The notes beneath the pieces are model-generated. The model made no database searches and was not told the origin of the DNA. It was given only the letters and a program-made list of their open reading frames with translations. Shown piece by piece: positions 50,425 through 58,670 of a DNA stretch of 64,000 bases (positions are counted from its first letter, which is position 1; every line of letters begins with the position of its first letter). Location: contig CALWHM010000004.1 of the NCBI GenBank assembly GCA_944380395.1, positions 8,379 to 72,378 on the forward strand, written 5' to 3'. The position numbers and the translations under genes are program-made. The stretch comes from an uncultured Clostridia bacterium (GTDB lineage: Bacteria > Bacillota > Clostridia > Christensenellales > UBA3700).

Positions 50425-51312
50425 TCACAGCTTTTTAGCCATATCTTTCAGATAAGGAGCCAGCCTGGGGGCAATGGTCTTGTCGCGCAGCGCATATTCT
50501 ATCGTGGCGCGCACAAATCCGAACTTATCGCCCACGTCGTAGCGCTCCCCTTCCATATCGTAAGCGTAAGCGCCCGAAGTTTTTGCGATTATCTCTATCG
50601 CGTCCGTAAGATACGTTTCACCGTTGTCATGCGGTTTGAGCGTTTTTATAACGTCGAATATTTCGGGCGTGAACACAAACCTGCCCATACTCGCAAGCAA
50701 TGACGGAGCCGTTCCGAACGGCGGCTTTTCCACTATGCCGTTTATGCGGGTATATCTGCCCTTTACGGGACCGGGATCTATCATACCGTACTTGTCCGCG
50801 TCCTCCGGTTTCACCGTTTGACACCCCAAAATAGTGCAGCCGGTATTTTCGTATGCGTCTATAAGCTGTTTGAGTGCGGGACGGCTCCCCGGCACGTCAT
50901 TTGTATACATCAAATCGTCGCCGAACAGCACCGCAAACGGTTCACCGCCGATAAACGCCTCCGCTTCCAGCACTGCATTGGCAGAGCCGTTCATCTCCTT
51001 CTGCCTGATATAGTGCACGTGAGCCATATTGGCAATGTCCCTTATCTGCTGCAAATAATCGTGCTTACCCGTCTTTATAAGCAGCTGTTCCAACTCCACG
51101 GCAATGTCAAAGTGATCTTCTATGCACTTTTTGTTTTTACCCAAGATGATGAGTATTTCCTTGACGCCGCTGTTTACCGCCTCTTCCACCACATATTGCA
51201 AAGTGGGCGTATCCACAATGGGCAGCATCTCCTTGGGCAAAGCCTTTGTAGCAGGTAAAAACCTGGTGCCGAACCCCGCCGCCGGTATGACCGCTTTTCT
51301 GACCTGTGTCAT
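50425..51312 (-). CDS. galU: UTP-glucose-1-phosphate uridylyltransferase
   Basis: 295 aa with the motif KAVIPAAGFGTRFLPATKALPKEMLPIVD. Confidence 0.92.
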   Translation of the reverse strand: MTQVRKAVIPAAGFGTRFLPATKALPKEMLPIVDTPTLQYVVEEAVNSGVKEILIILGKNKKCIEDHFDIAVELEQLLIKTGKHDYLQQIRDIANMAHVHYIRQKEMNGSANAVLEAEAFIGGEPFAVLFGDDLMYTNDVPGSRPALKQLIDAYENTGCTILGCQTVKPEDADKYGMIDPGPVKGRYTRINGIVEKPPFGTAPSLLASMGRFVFTPEIFDVIKTLKPHDNGETYLTDAIEIIAKTSGAYAYDMEGERYDVGDKFGFVRATIEYALRDKTIAPRLAPYLKDMAKKL

Positions 51313-51336
51313 ATTCTCATTCTCCCTTATTTATCG

Positions 51337-51365
51337 TATCCGCCATAAACGCGGTATGGCGGATA
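51337..51365 (-). promoter_or_regulatory. 11-bp perfect hairpin in the galU 5' UTR
   Basis: Reads TATCCGCCATA-7 nt-TATGGCGGATA. It lies between the predicted TSS and the AAGGGAG SD. Confidence 0.5.
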
Positions 51366-51379
51366 CTTTTTATACTTAC

Positions 51380-51408
51380 ATTATACTATATTCTTTCGGC
51401 GATTTCAA
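51380..51408 (-). promoter_or_regulatory. sigma-A type promoter of galU
   Basis: The minus strand reads TTGAAA-17 nt-TATAAT. Confidence 0.7.
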
Positions 51409-51414
51409 TACCCG

Positions 51415-52896
51415 TTATGCACGCAATGCGGCTTCTTTCAGCACAAATTCGTCTATTTCGCTCTTATCGATTACTTTTGTGAAGCGCACGGGACGTTCGT
51501 CAAGTCCGCAAAGCGGTTCGGGTATCTCCGTAGCGGTGCTTTCGCTGAGTTCTTTCGCCGCCTTGTAAGGATCGTTCTCCCTCTTGTCTTCAACGGCTTC
51601 AAGCACGTCGGCGGGGAACTTGTAAGCGTTTGCCGTGGATACCACCACGCACACTCCGTCCTGTTCCTTTTCCTTATCGTATACGCCTGCCGCAACGGCG
51701 GTGTGAGGATCGATAAGATAGCCGTATTCGTCGAAATATTCCGCTATCGTGGCTTTTGTTTGATTTTCGTCACAGCAGCCGCACCCGAACAGCCCGCGTA
51801 TTTTGGCAAGCTCTTCCCCGCTTATCGTGTATTCGCCCTCTTTTTTCAATTGCTCCATACGCTCGGCGGTCAGCTTGTCGTCCCTGCCCGAATACTCGAA
51901 CAGCAGTCTTTCCAGATTGGAAGAGATTATAATGTCCATCGACGGGCTTATCGTCTCCACAAACTTGCGGTGAGTGTCATACTTTCCCGTTTGGAAAAAG
52001 TCCGTAAGCACGCGGTTGGAGTTGGACGCGCACACAAGTTTTGCAACGGGCACGCCCATACGCATTGCGTAATACGCCGCAAGTATATCTCCGAAGTTGC
52101 CGGTGGGCACCACAAACGTCACCTTTTCCTCCGCTTTTATCTCCTCCGCGTTTATCAAATCGCAATATGCGGACACGTAATAGGCTATCTGCGGAGCAAG
52201 TCTGCCCCAATTTATACTGTTTGCTGAAGAGAGTTTCCAGCCGTTTTCCGCAAGTTTTTCCGCCGCCGCGCTGCTGGTAAAAATGCGTTTTACCGCGGAC
52301 TGCGCGTCATCGAAATTACCCTTTATTGCGCACACGCAAACATTATCGCCTTCCTGCGTTATCATCTGTCTGCGCTGCATATCGGAAACGCCTTCTGAAG
52401 GATAGAACACTATTATTCCCGTCCCTTCCACATCGCGGAAGCCTTCCATTGCCGCCTTGCCCGTATCGCCGGAAGTGGCGGTGAGAATAAGCGTCTTGCC
52501 GTTTTCTCCCAGTTTGCGTTTGGAAGCGGTCAGCAGATGTGGAAGCATGGTGAGCGCCATATCCTTGAACGCGCACGTGGGACCGTGCCACAGTTCCAAA
52601 AAGAACAATTTCTCATCCACTTTGACAAGCGGGCACGGGTCATCCCCGTAAAATCTGCCGTAGGCTTCTTTTGCAAAGCCCAAAAGCTCTTCATAGGTAA
52701 ATTCGTCCAAATACAGCGAAAGCACGTATGCCGCCCTCTCCGTATAGTCCATCTGTTTCAGCTTTTGCCAATCGCCATCGGAAAGCACGGGGAACTTTTC
52801 GGGTACGTAAAGTCCGCCGTCGGGAGATATGCCCTCCACTATCGCCTGTGCGCCGGATACGACGCGGTTGATGTTTCTAGTGCTTATATATTTCAT
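51415..52896 (-). CDS. thrC: threonine synthase (long form)
   Basis: 493 aa. Starts MKYISTRN, and the PLP lysine lies in GPTCAFKD. Confidence 0.92.
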   Translation of the reverse strand: MKYISTRNINRVVSGAQAIVEGISPDGGLYVPEKFPVLSDGDWQKLKQMDYTERAAYVLSLYLDEFTYEELLGFAKEAYGRFYGDDPCPLVKVDEKLFFLELWHGPTCAFKDMALTMLPHLLTASKRKLGENGKTLILTATSGDTGKAAMEGFRDVEGTGIIVFYPSEGVSDMQRRQMITQEGDNVCVCAIKGNFDDAQSAVKRIFTSSAAAEKLAENGWKLSSANSINWGRLAPQIAYYVSAYCDLINAEEIKAEEKVTFVVPTGNFGDILAAYYAMRMGVPVAKLVCASNSNRVLTDFFQTGKYDTHRKFVETISPSMDIIISSNLERLLFEYSGRDDKLTAERMEQLKKEGEYTISGEELAKIRGLFGCGCCDENQTKATIAEYFDEYGYLIDPHTAVAAGVYDKEKEQDGVCVVVSTANAYKFPADVLEAVEDKRENDPYKAAKELSESTATEIPEPLCGLDERPVRFTKVIDKSEIDEFVLKEAALRA

Positions 52897-52905
52897 ATTG
52901 CCCTC

Positions 52906-54309
52906 TCAATAATCTTCGCCCGTTGCGGCGTCTATGAGTTTTTTATGCAGTTTGGGATCGATGTGGCGCAATATCTCGTCCATCTCCTCATCGCCCATAC
53001 AGGTATTTCTGCCCTTGGCGTAAAGGTCGTCGATATACTCCTTCATCTTGACAACTATCTCGTGCTTCTTGTCTATTTCGCGCTCTTTGGACAGCTTGTA
53101 GTAGCCGTTTATCCAATAAGCTATGCCCGCAAGTCCGCTGTGACTATCCACGGAAACAAGCGGCACCCTGTGCAAAAGTTTTTCCGTGTTGAAGATATTG
53201 TATATCTCCACGTCTTTGAGCAGACCGTCCGCGTGCACGCCGGCGCGGGTGGTGTTGAAGTTACGCCCCACAAACGGAGTGCGCGGAGGTATGGAATATC
53301 CCATCTCCTTTTCAAAGTAGTCGGCTATTTCCGTAATTGCGGATATATCCATTCCGTCTGTGGTGCCGCGCAGGGAAGCATATTCTATCACCATGGCTTC
53401 AAGGGGACAATTGCCGGTGCGCTCTCCTATTCCCAGCAGGGAGCAGTTTACGGAAGAACAGCCGTACAGCCAAGCCGTGGCGGAGTTTGTGACCACCTTG
53501 TAGAAGTCGTTATGCCCGTGCCATTCAAGCTGAGCGCTGGGAACTTGAGCATAATATTTCAAGCCCGCGATAATGCCGGGCACGGAACGCGGCAGCGTAA
53601 CGCCGGGGTAGCTTATGCCGTACCCCAAAGTATCGCAAGCGCGTATTTTGACGGGTATGCCCGCTTCGCGCGACAGTTTCATCAGTTCTATGGCAAACGG
53701 CACCACAAAGCCGTAAAAATCGGCGCGCGTGATGTCCTCAAAATGACAGCGCGGCACTATGCCTTTGGAAAGCGCCTCCTTGACTATGCCAAGATATTGA
53801 TCCGCAGCCTGGCGGCGGGTAAGGTGCATTTTTTTGAATATGTGATAGTCGGAACAGCTCACCAAAATGCCCGTTTCCTTTATTCCCATAGACTTTACAA
53901 GGTCAAAGTCCTTTTTGTTTGCCCTTATCCAGCTTGTGACTTCGGGAAACTCATATCCCAGCTTTTGGCATTCCTCCACAGCCTTGCGGTCCTTTTCCGT
54001 ATAAAGGAAAAACTCCGCCTGCTTTATCATACCCTTTTTACCGCCCAGCTTATGCATAAGCTTGAACAGGTCTACTATCTGCTTTACCGTAAAAGGCGAT
54101 GTGGATTGCTGTCCGTCACGGAATGTGGTATCCGTCATCCAGATCTCTTCGGGCATATCCATAGGCGTATTTCTGAAATTGAACGCCGTCTTGGGAATGC
54201 TGTCATAGTCGTATATCTCCCTGAACAAATTGGGTTCGCTTACGTCTTGCAGCGTGGGCGACCAGTTCATATCCGTCAATACGTTTCTGTGTGAGTCCAT
54301 TCTGATCAT
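52906..54309 (-). CDS. HMGL-like (DRE-TIM) 2-oxoacid:acetyl-CoA condensing enzyme; homocitrate/isopropylmalate-synthase relative, possibly Re-citrate synthase type
   Basis: 467 aa. Has DTTFRDGQQS in place of the LeuA/NifV-type TTLRDGEQ, and HGHND as a metal ligand motif. It lacks the LeuA regulatory C-domain. The specific activity is inference. Confidence 0.5.
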   Translation of the reverse strand: MIRMDSHRNVLTDMNWSPTLQDVSEPNLFREIYDYDSIPKTAFNFRNTPMDMPEEIWMTDTTFRDGQQSTSPFTVKQIVDLFKLMHKLGGKKGMIKQAEFFLYTEKDRKAVEECQKLGYEFPEVTSWIRANKKDFDLVKSMGIKETGILVSCSDYHIFKKMHLTRRQAADQYLGIVKEALSKGIVPRCHFEDITRADFYGFVVPFAIELMKLSREAGIPVKIRACDTLGYGISYPGVTLPRSVPGIIAGLKYYAQVPSAQLEWHGHNDFYKVVTNSATAWLYGCSSVNCSLLGIGERTGNCPLEAMVIEYASLRGTTDGMDISAITEIADYFEKEMGYSIPPRTPFVGRNFNTTRAGVHADGLLKDVEIYNIFNTEKLLHRVPLVSVDSHSGLAGIAYWINGYYKLSKEREIDKKHEIVVKMKEYIDDLYAKGRNTCMGDEEMDEILRHIDPKLHKKLIDAATGEDY

Positions 54310-54325
54310 ACTTTCTTCCTCCGAA

Positions 54326-55393
54326 TTAATTCTCGTTTTTAAGGCGGGCGCTCTGATCGGCTTCTCTCAAAGCTCCTATCATCTCGCCGATATCTCCGTC
54401 CAAAAATGCGTCCAGCGAATAAAGCGTCATGCCTATTCTGTGGTCCGTGACCCTGCCCTGCGGATAATTATAAGTTCTTATCCTCTCCGACCTGTCACCC
54501 GTGCCCACTTGCAGGCGCCTGTTTTCCGCATATTCGCTCTCCTGCAAACTGCGATAATGGTCGTACAGGCGCGCTTTGAGCACCTGCATTGCGCTTTCGC
54601 GGTTTTTTATCTGACTGCGCTCGTTCTGGCACTCCACCACTATTCCCGTGGGAATATGAGTGATACGCACGGCGGACTCCGTCTTATTTACGTGCTGACC
54701 GCCCGCGCCGCTGGAACGATAATAATCTATCTTCAAGTCTTTTTCGTTTATCTCCACATCCACGTCCTTGACTTCGGGAAGCACGGCTACCGTAACTGTG
54801 GAAGTGTGTATCCTGCCCTGCGATTCCGTCTGCGGAACGCGCTGAACGCGATGCACTCCGCTTTCGAATTTGAGCATGGAAAACGCGCCCTTGCCCGAAA
54901 TCATAAATACGCTTTCCTTCACGCCGCCCAAATCCGTTTCGTTTATGCTGAGCTGTTCGCACTTCCAGCGCATACGCTCGGCAAAACGGGTATACATACG
55001 TTGAAGCACCGCACCGAACAAGCCCGCTTCTTCTCCGCCCGCTCCCGCTCTTATCTCTATGATAACGTTCTTATTGTCGTCAGGGTCGGCGGGAAGCAAC
55101 AGCTTTTTAATGTCCGACTCCAACTGTATGCGCCTTTTTTCCAGCTCTTCAAGGTCGGCTCTGGCAAGTTCGCAAAGCTCTGCGTCCTCTCCGCCGTTCA
55201 AAATCTCCTTGCAGCCCTCTTCATCGGACAAAAGCTTTTTATACTCGTCGTACAGCCCCATCACTTCTTCATATTCGGAATGTTCTTTGGCGTACCTCTG
55301 CCACTGCTCTCTGTCTGAAATAACATCGGAATCGGAAAGCAGTCCGGTAAGCTCTTTATATCTTTTTTCTATCTCTTCCAGCTTTTCAATCAT
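54326..55393 (-). CDS. prfA: peptide chain release factor 1
   Basis: Has the GGQ motif ([11 protein letters not shown]) and the RF1-type PxT tripeptide (PQT). I prefer ATG 55393 ([12 protein letters not shown]), which forms an ATGA overlap with the prmC stop and has a GGAG upstream. Confidence 0.95.
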   Translation of the reverse strand: MIEKLEEIEKRYKELTGLLSDSDVISDREQWQRYAKEHSEYEEVMGLYDEYKKLLSDEEGCKEILNGGEDAELCELARADLEELEKRRIQLESDIKKLLLPADPDDNKNVIIEIRAGAGGEEAGLFGAVLQRMYTRFAERMRWKCEQLSINETDLGGVKESVFMISGKGAFSMLKFESGVHRVQRVPQTESQGRIHTSTVTVAVLPEVKDVDVEINEKDLKIDYYRSSGAGGQHVNKTESAVRITHIPTGIVVECQNERSQIKNRESAMQVLKARLYDHYRSLQESEYAENRRLQVGTGDRSERIRTYNYPQGRVTDHRIGMTLYSLDAFLDGDIGEMIGALREADQSARLKNEN

Positions 55394-57204
55394 CTCTTGA
55401 CTCCGCAAATTATCCTGTCTATTCCCTGCATATCCTTTTTTATCTCCACGTCAAAATCGGAAAGCATACCTTTGACCGCGTCCGCCTGATTTATCCCCAC
55501 TTCCAGGAATATCCTGCCGCCGACAGTCAAATAACGCCCCGCGTTTTCCGCTATAACGCGATAAAAGTCCAGCCCGTCCTCCCCGCCGTCCAGCGCGGAC
55601 TTGGGTTCGTAATCCTTGACTTCTCTGTCCAGCCCCTGTATGTCCGCGGTGGGAATATACGGCGGATTGCTTATTATCACATCGAACACGCCCTGAATGT
55701 TTTCAAACATATCCGAATGCACAAAAACTATCTTATCGCCCACGTTGTTTTTTTCCGCATTGGCGCGCGCCGTATCAAGCGCCGCTTCCGATATGTCAGA
55801 AGCCACTACCTGCGCGCCCGTCTTATCCGCCACAACTACCGCTATACAGCCGCTGCCCGTGCACAGATCCAGCACGCGCGAATTTTCGGAGATATGCTTG
55901 ACCGCCTCGCAGACCAACTCCTCCGTTTCGGGACGGGGACAGAGCACGTTGCGGTTTATATCTATCTCATATCCGTAAAAATCGGCGTTGCCTATTATCT
56001 GCCAAAGCGGTTCTCCCGCCTGCCTGCGGCGCGCCATTTCATAAAGTTCTTCCGTTTTGGAATGGCGGATATATGTGATATGTTCCAACTCAGAACGCTT
56101 TTTACCCGTCACGTGGCATATCATCCAATCCACATCCGCCTTGTCTTCCACCATAGATTCCAGCTTCTTGCGCACATGCGTATAAAGTTCGTTGGTATCG
56201 AAAGTGAGTTCGGGCAGATTCGGATCCGCGTCCATAGCCATAACGGTGGTAAACGCGGCTATCGCCACTTCCACCATATCGTCGTCGGGTTCGCGCGTGG
56301 TCAGCTTTTGCATAAGTCTGCCGGGGAATTTGAGAGCGCGCACCAAGACGTTATCGAACTTTGCAAGAAATTTGAGCACTTCGTAACTCACGCCCATTAT
56401 GGGGAGTAACAACAGCAGCCTCCATCCGAAGTCTGCAAGGAACTTTACTACGCCGTTGGGCGCCCAATCCGCGTCAAGTCCGCACACAAGCTCCAAATCG
56501 CACACGGACAGCACCAATACGCCTATCAGCATCACAAGCACCATAAACGTGGTGCCGCAGCGATCGTGATAAGTGCTCATCGTCTGCACGCTTTTTACTT
56601 CGAGCGGCAGTTCGTTTTCGTATGCGCTTATCGTCTTATGCTCCGCGCCGTGATACATATACGTGCGGCGCACGTCCTTCATAAGCGACGTAAGGAAGAT
56701 GTACAGGACGAATATTACAAGCCTGATCACCCCTTCAAGGAAATTCAAACCGATATTCACGCCTATGCTTGTGCGCTGAGCCTGCGGAATAAGCTGTTCC
56801 ACGCCGTTTCTGCACAAAAGGGGCAAAAACACGAACAGCGCCACCGCAAGCGCCACGCCCAGCAGGACGGACACGAACATGACCACGCTGTAAATATCCA
56901 CCTTAAAGGTTTTGGCAAGCCATTTTTCGAACTTGGAAGGCTCCCCTTCCTCATCGCCGAACACTTCGCCGCTGCGCATAAGCGTTTTAATGCCCGTGAC
57001 CATTGAGCCGAAAAAGCTGAGCACGCCGCGAATGACGGGGATACGATAGAGGACGCTTTTATCTTTTGTGGGCTTTACGTATCTGCTTTCAACGGCGATA
57101 CCGCCCTCTTCAAGGCGCACGGCGGTTGCGACGCTGCGCTCTCCGCGCATCATCACTCCTTCTATGACTGCCTGTCCGCCTATCTTACTGCTTCTTTTCC
57201 TCAT
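55390..57204 (-). CDS. prmC: fusion protein: DUF1385/YqhQ-like membrane domain + release-factor glutamine methyltransferase PrmC (HemK)
   Basis: 604 aa. The N-terminal half has [13 protein letters not shown] and YHGAEHK plus several TM helices, which are DUF1385 hallmarks. The C-terminal half has the SAM motif [11 protein letters not shown] and the catalytic NPPYIP. Confidence 0.75.
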   Translation of the reverse strand: MRKRSSKIGGQAVIEGVMMRGERSVATAVRLEEGGIAVESRYVKPTKDKSVLYRIPVIRGVLSFFGSMVTGIKTLMRSGEVFGDEEGEPSKFEKWLAKTFKVDIYSVVMFVSVLLGVALAVALFVFLPLLCRNGVEQLIPQAQRTSIGVNIGLNFLEGVIRLVIFVLYIFLTSLMKDVRRTYMYHGAEHKTISAYENELPLEVKSVQTMSTYHDRCGTTFMVLVMLIGVLVLSVCDLELVCGLDADWAPNGVVKFLADFGWRLLLLLPIMGVSYEVLKFLAKFDNVLVRALKFPGRLMQKLTTREPDDDMVEVAIAAFTTVMAMDADPNLPELTFDTNELYTHVRKKLESMVEDKADVDWMICHVTGKKRSELEHITYIRHSKTEELYEMARRRQAGEPLWQIIGNADFYGYEIDINRNVLCPRPETEELVCEAVKHISENSRVLDLCTGSGCIAVVVADKTGAQVVASDISEAALDTARANAEKNNVGDKIVFVHSDMFENIQGVFDVIISNPPYIPTADIQGLDREVKDYEPKSALDGGEDGLDFYRVIAENAGRYLTVGGRIFLEVGINQADAVKGMLSDFDVEIKKDMQGIDRIICGVKR

Positions 57205-57257
57205 ATTTTATACCCGCGCGCGATATATAAATTAACAAGCGTATCGCTACGCTTGTA

Positions 57258-57293
57258 TTAAAAATAAAGTGCAAAGAAAGGCTCTTTGCACTT
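57258..57293 (-). terminator. rho-independent terminator after rpmE
   Basis: The minus strand reads AAGTGCAAAG-7 nt-CTTTGCACTT, a 10-bp perfect stem, followed by TATTTTTAA. Confidence 0.75.
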
Positions 57294-57305
57294 GTGCAAA
57301 AATTC

Positions 57306-57515
57306 CTACTTGTTGCGGTTGAAACGCTTGTTGAACTTCTCCACCCTGCCGCCGGTGTCCACAAGCTTTTGCTTGCCGGTGAAATAAGGATGGCACTTGT
57401 TGCAAACTTCCACTTTGATCACGTCGCCTTTTTTGGTGGTGCCGCATACGAATTTTGCTCCGCAAGCGCACTCAAACACCGCGTCATGATATTCAGGCTG
57501 TATATTCTCGTTCAT
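57306..57515 (-). CDS. rpmE: 50S ribosomal protein L31 (zinc-ribbon form)
   Basis: 69 aa, reading [19 protein letters not shown]...[10 protein letters not shown]. Confidence 0.95.
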   Translation of the reverse strand: MNENIQPEYHDAVFECACGAKFVCGTTKKGDVIKVEVCNKCHPYFTGKQKLVDTGGRVEKFNKRFNRNK

Positions 57516-57547
57516 ATTATCACCTCTGAATCTTTATTGCGTAGTCA

Positions 57548-57576
57548 ATTATACATACTTTCATAGGGCAAGTCAA
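57548..57576 (-). promoter_or_regulatory. sigma-A type promoter of rpmE
   Basis: The minus strand reads TTGACT-17 nt-TATAAT. The leader carries an AGAGGTGA SD. Confidence 0.7.
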
Positions 57577-57641
57577 GCATAAAAACGTTTAATTTTGAAA
57601 ATTATGCCTCTTTGTCAAAAAAATAAAATTTTGCATACGCC

Positions 57642-57670
57642 TTGATATTTCCACCGATAAGTGCTATAAT
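57642..57670 (+). promoter_or_regulatory. sigma-A type promoter of the MDR-like gene
   Basis: The plus strand reads TTGATA-17 nt-TGcTATAAT. An AAAGGAG SD precedes ATG 57696. Confidence 0.75.
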
Positions 57671-57695
57671 GGTGGTACGCGAAAAAGGAGCTTAT

Positions 57696-58670
57696 ATGAA
57701 TTATTGGGTTTTCGACGGCGAAAGTAAAATAAGGGAAGTTGCGGAAGACGAAGCGTCCGAGGCAGGTTCCTGCAACGGCTGCGACTCTTCTTCCGCCAAG
57801 GTGAAGATAATCCGCGCGGGCATAGACAACGGCGATATTTATTCGTTTACGCGCGCCGGAAGCGAGGGCGTTATCCCTTCTTCTTCCGCTACGGCGCTTG
57901 TCAGCCACTGCCCTTCCGGGGAGTTCAAAAGCGGTCAGCGCGTTTTTCTCTCTTCATACAGCAAAACAAAATCGGATGTCCGTCCTATGGGTTATCTGCG
58001 CGATTACGCATGCGTACCCACGGACAACTTGTACGAACTGCCCGACGCCATTGCCGATAACGACGTGGTGTTTATCGACACGATCGCAAAAGCGTGCAAC
58101 CTCATAGACAAGCTGGAAATAAAGCCCTCTCAAACGGTGATAATAAACGGCGTATCCGTGATAAATCTTATCATCGCGCAACTTTTGCGCTACCATCAGG
58201 CTCTGCCCATAATGATAGACAGTGACGACGACAAACTTGCCCTCGCGCAAGATTTGGGCGTGGACTTTATAATCAACAGTTCGCAGGAAAATGTGCCCTA
58301 TATGGTTAAAAGCTTTACTTCGGGCAAAATGGCGAACGCTCTTGTGGTGGATTTGGATATTCTGACCGATATGGACGAGTTGCCCTACTGCCTTGCAATG
58401 GGCGGCAAGATAGCCTTGGTAAACGCAAACAGCGCGGTCAAGTGTTTCAAAATTGACTTTGTAAACGTTTTGAGCCGCGAGCTTTCCATATTCGGGATAA
58501 AGGACGGAGAAGGCAAAGTTTCAATGGCTATAAACCTTTTGGCGATGAACAAAGTAAAGGTGTCCCCTCTTATCGGGGAAGTGGTCGGCTTTGCTCAGGT
58601 GCCCGAACTTATGCAAAAGCAGGAAGGCAGGCTGTCTTCTTTGATGAACATAGTCAAGTGCAACTGCTGA
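57696..58670 (+). CDS. medium-chain dehydrogenase/reductase (zinc-ADH)-fold protein lacking the catalytic and cofactor motifs
   Basis: 324 aa counted from ATG 57696. It aligns by eye to sorbitol/threonine dehydrogenase-type MDRs (..LRDYACVPTDNLYELPD.., ..DDDKLALAQDLGVDFIINS..). GIDNGDI replaces the GICGSD catalytic Cys site. There is no GHE and no structural-zinc Cys lobe. INGVSVIN replaces the GxGxxG dinucleotide loop. Confidence 0.5.
   Translation: MNYWVFDGESKIREVAEDEASEAGSCNGCDSSSAKVKIIRAGIDNGDIYSFTRAGSEGVIPSSSATALVSHCPSGEFKSGQRVFLSSYSKTKSDVRPMGYLRDYACVPTDNLYELPDAIADNDVVFIDTIAKACNLIDKLEIKPSQTVIINGVSVINLIIAQLLRYHQALPIMIDSDDDKLALAQDLGVDFIINSSQENVPYMVKSFTSGKMANALVVDLDILTDMDELPYCLAMGGKIALVNANSAVKCFKIDFVNVLSRELSIFGIKDGEGKVSMAINLLAMNKVKVSPLIGEVVGFAQVPELMQKQEGRLSSLMNIVKCNC

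Noticed and set aside
52537-54294. A 585-aa plus-strand ORF spans the thrC start and the whole citrate-synthase-like gene. It is the longest unannotated ORF in the track.
   Set aside because: It is exactly codon-aligned antisense to two well-supported minus-strand genes, which happen to share a frame across a 9-nt gap. Such an ORF stays open whenever the sense genes avoid TTA, CTA and TCA codons, as they do here. Its product is low-complexity (rich in R, H, F, L and V), with no SD or promoter. It is a shadow ORF.
57671-57681. GGTGGTACGCG lies right after the -10 of the MDR-like gene promoter and resembles the conserved T-box sequence (GGGTGGTACCGCG).
   Set aside because: It is one base short of the motif. 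It lies about 20 nt from the start codon, and there is no room upstream for Stem I, a specifier loop or a terminator/antiterminator. It is a coincidental match.
57615-57908. A 97-aa minus-strand ORF covers the rpmE/MDR-like divergent promoter region.
   Set aside because: It overlaps the plus-strand promoter, SD and first 70 codons of the better-supported MDR-like gene. It is Arg/Gly/Ala-rich with no translation signals.
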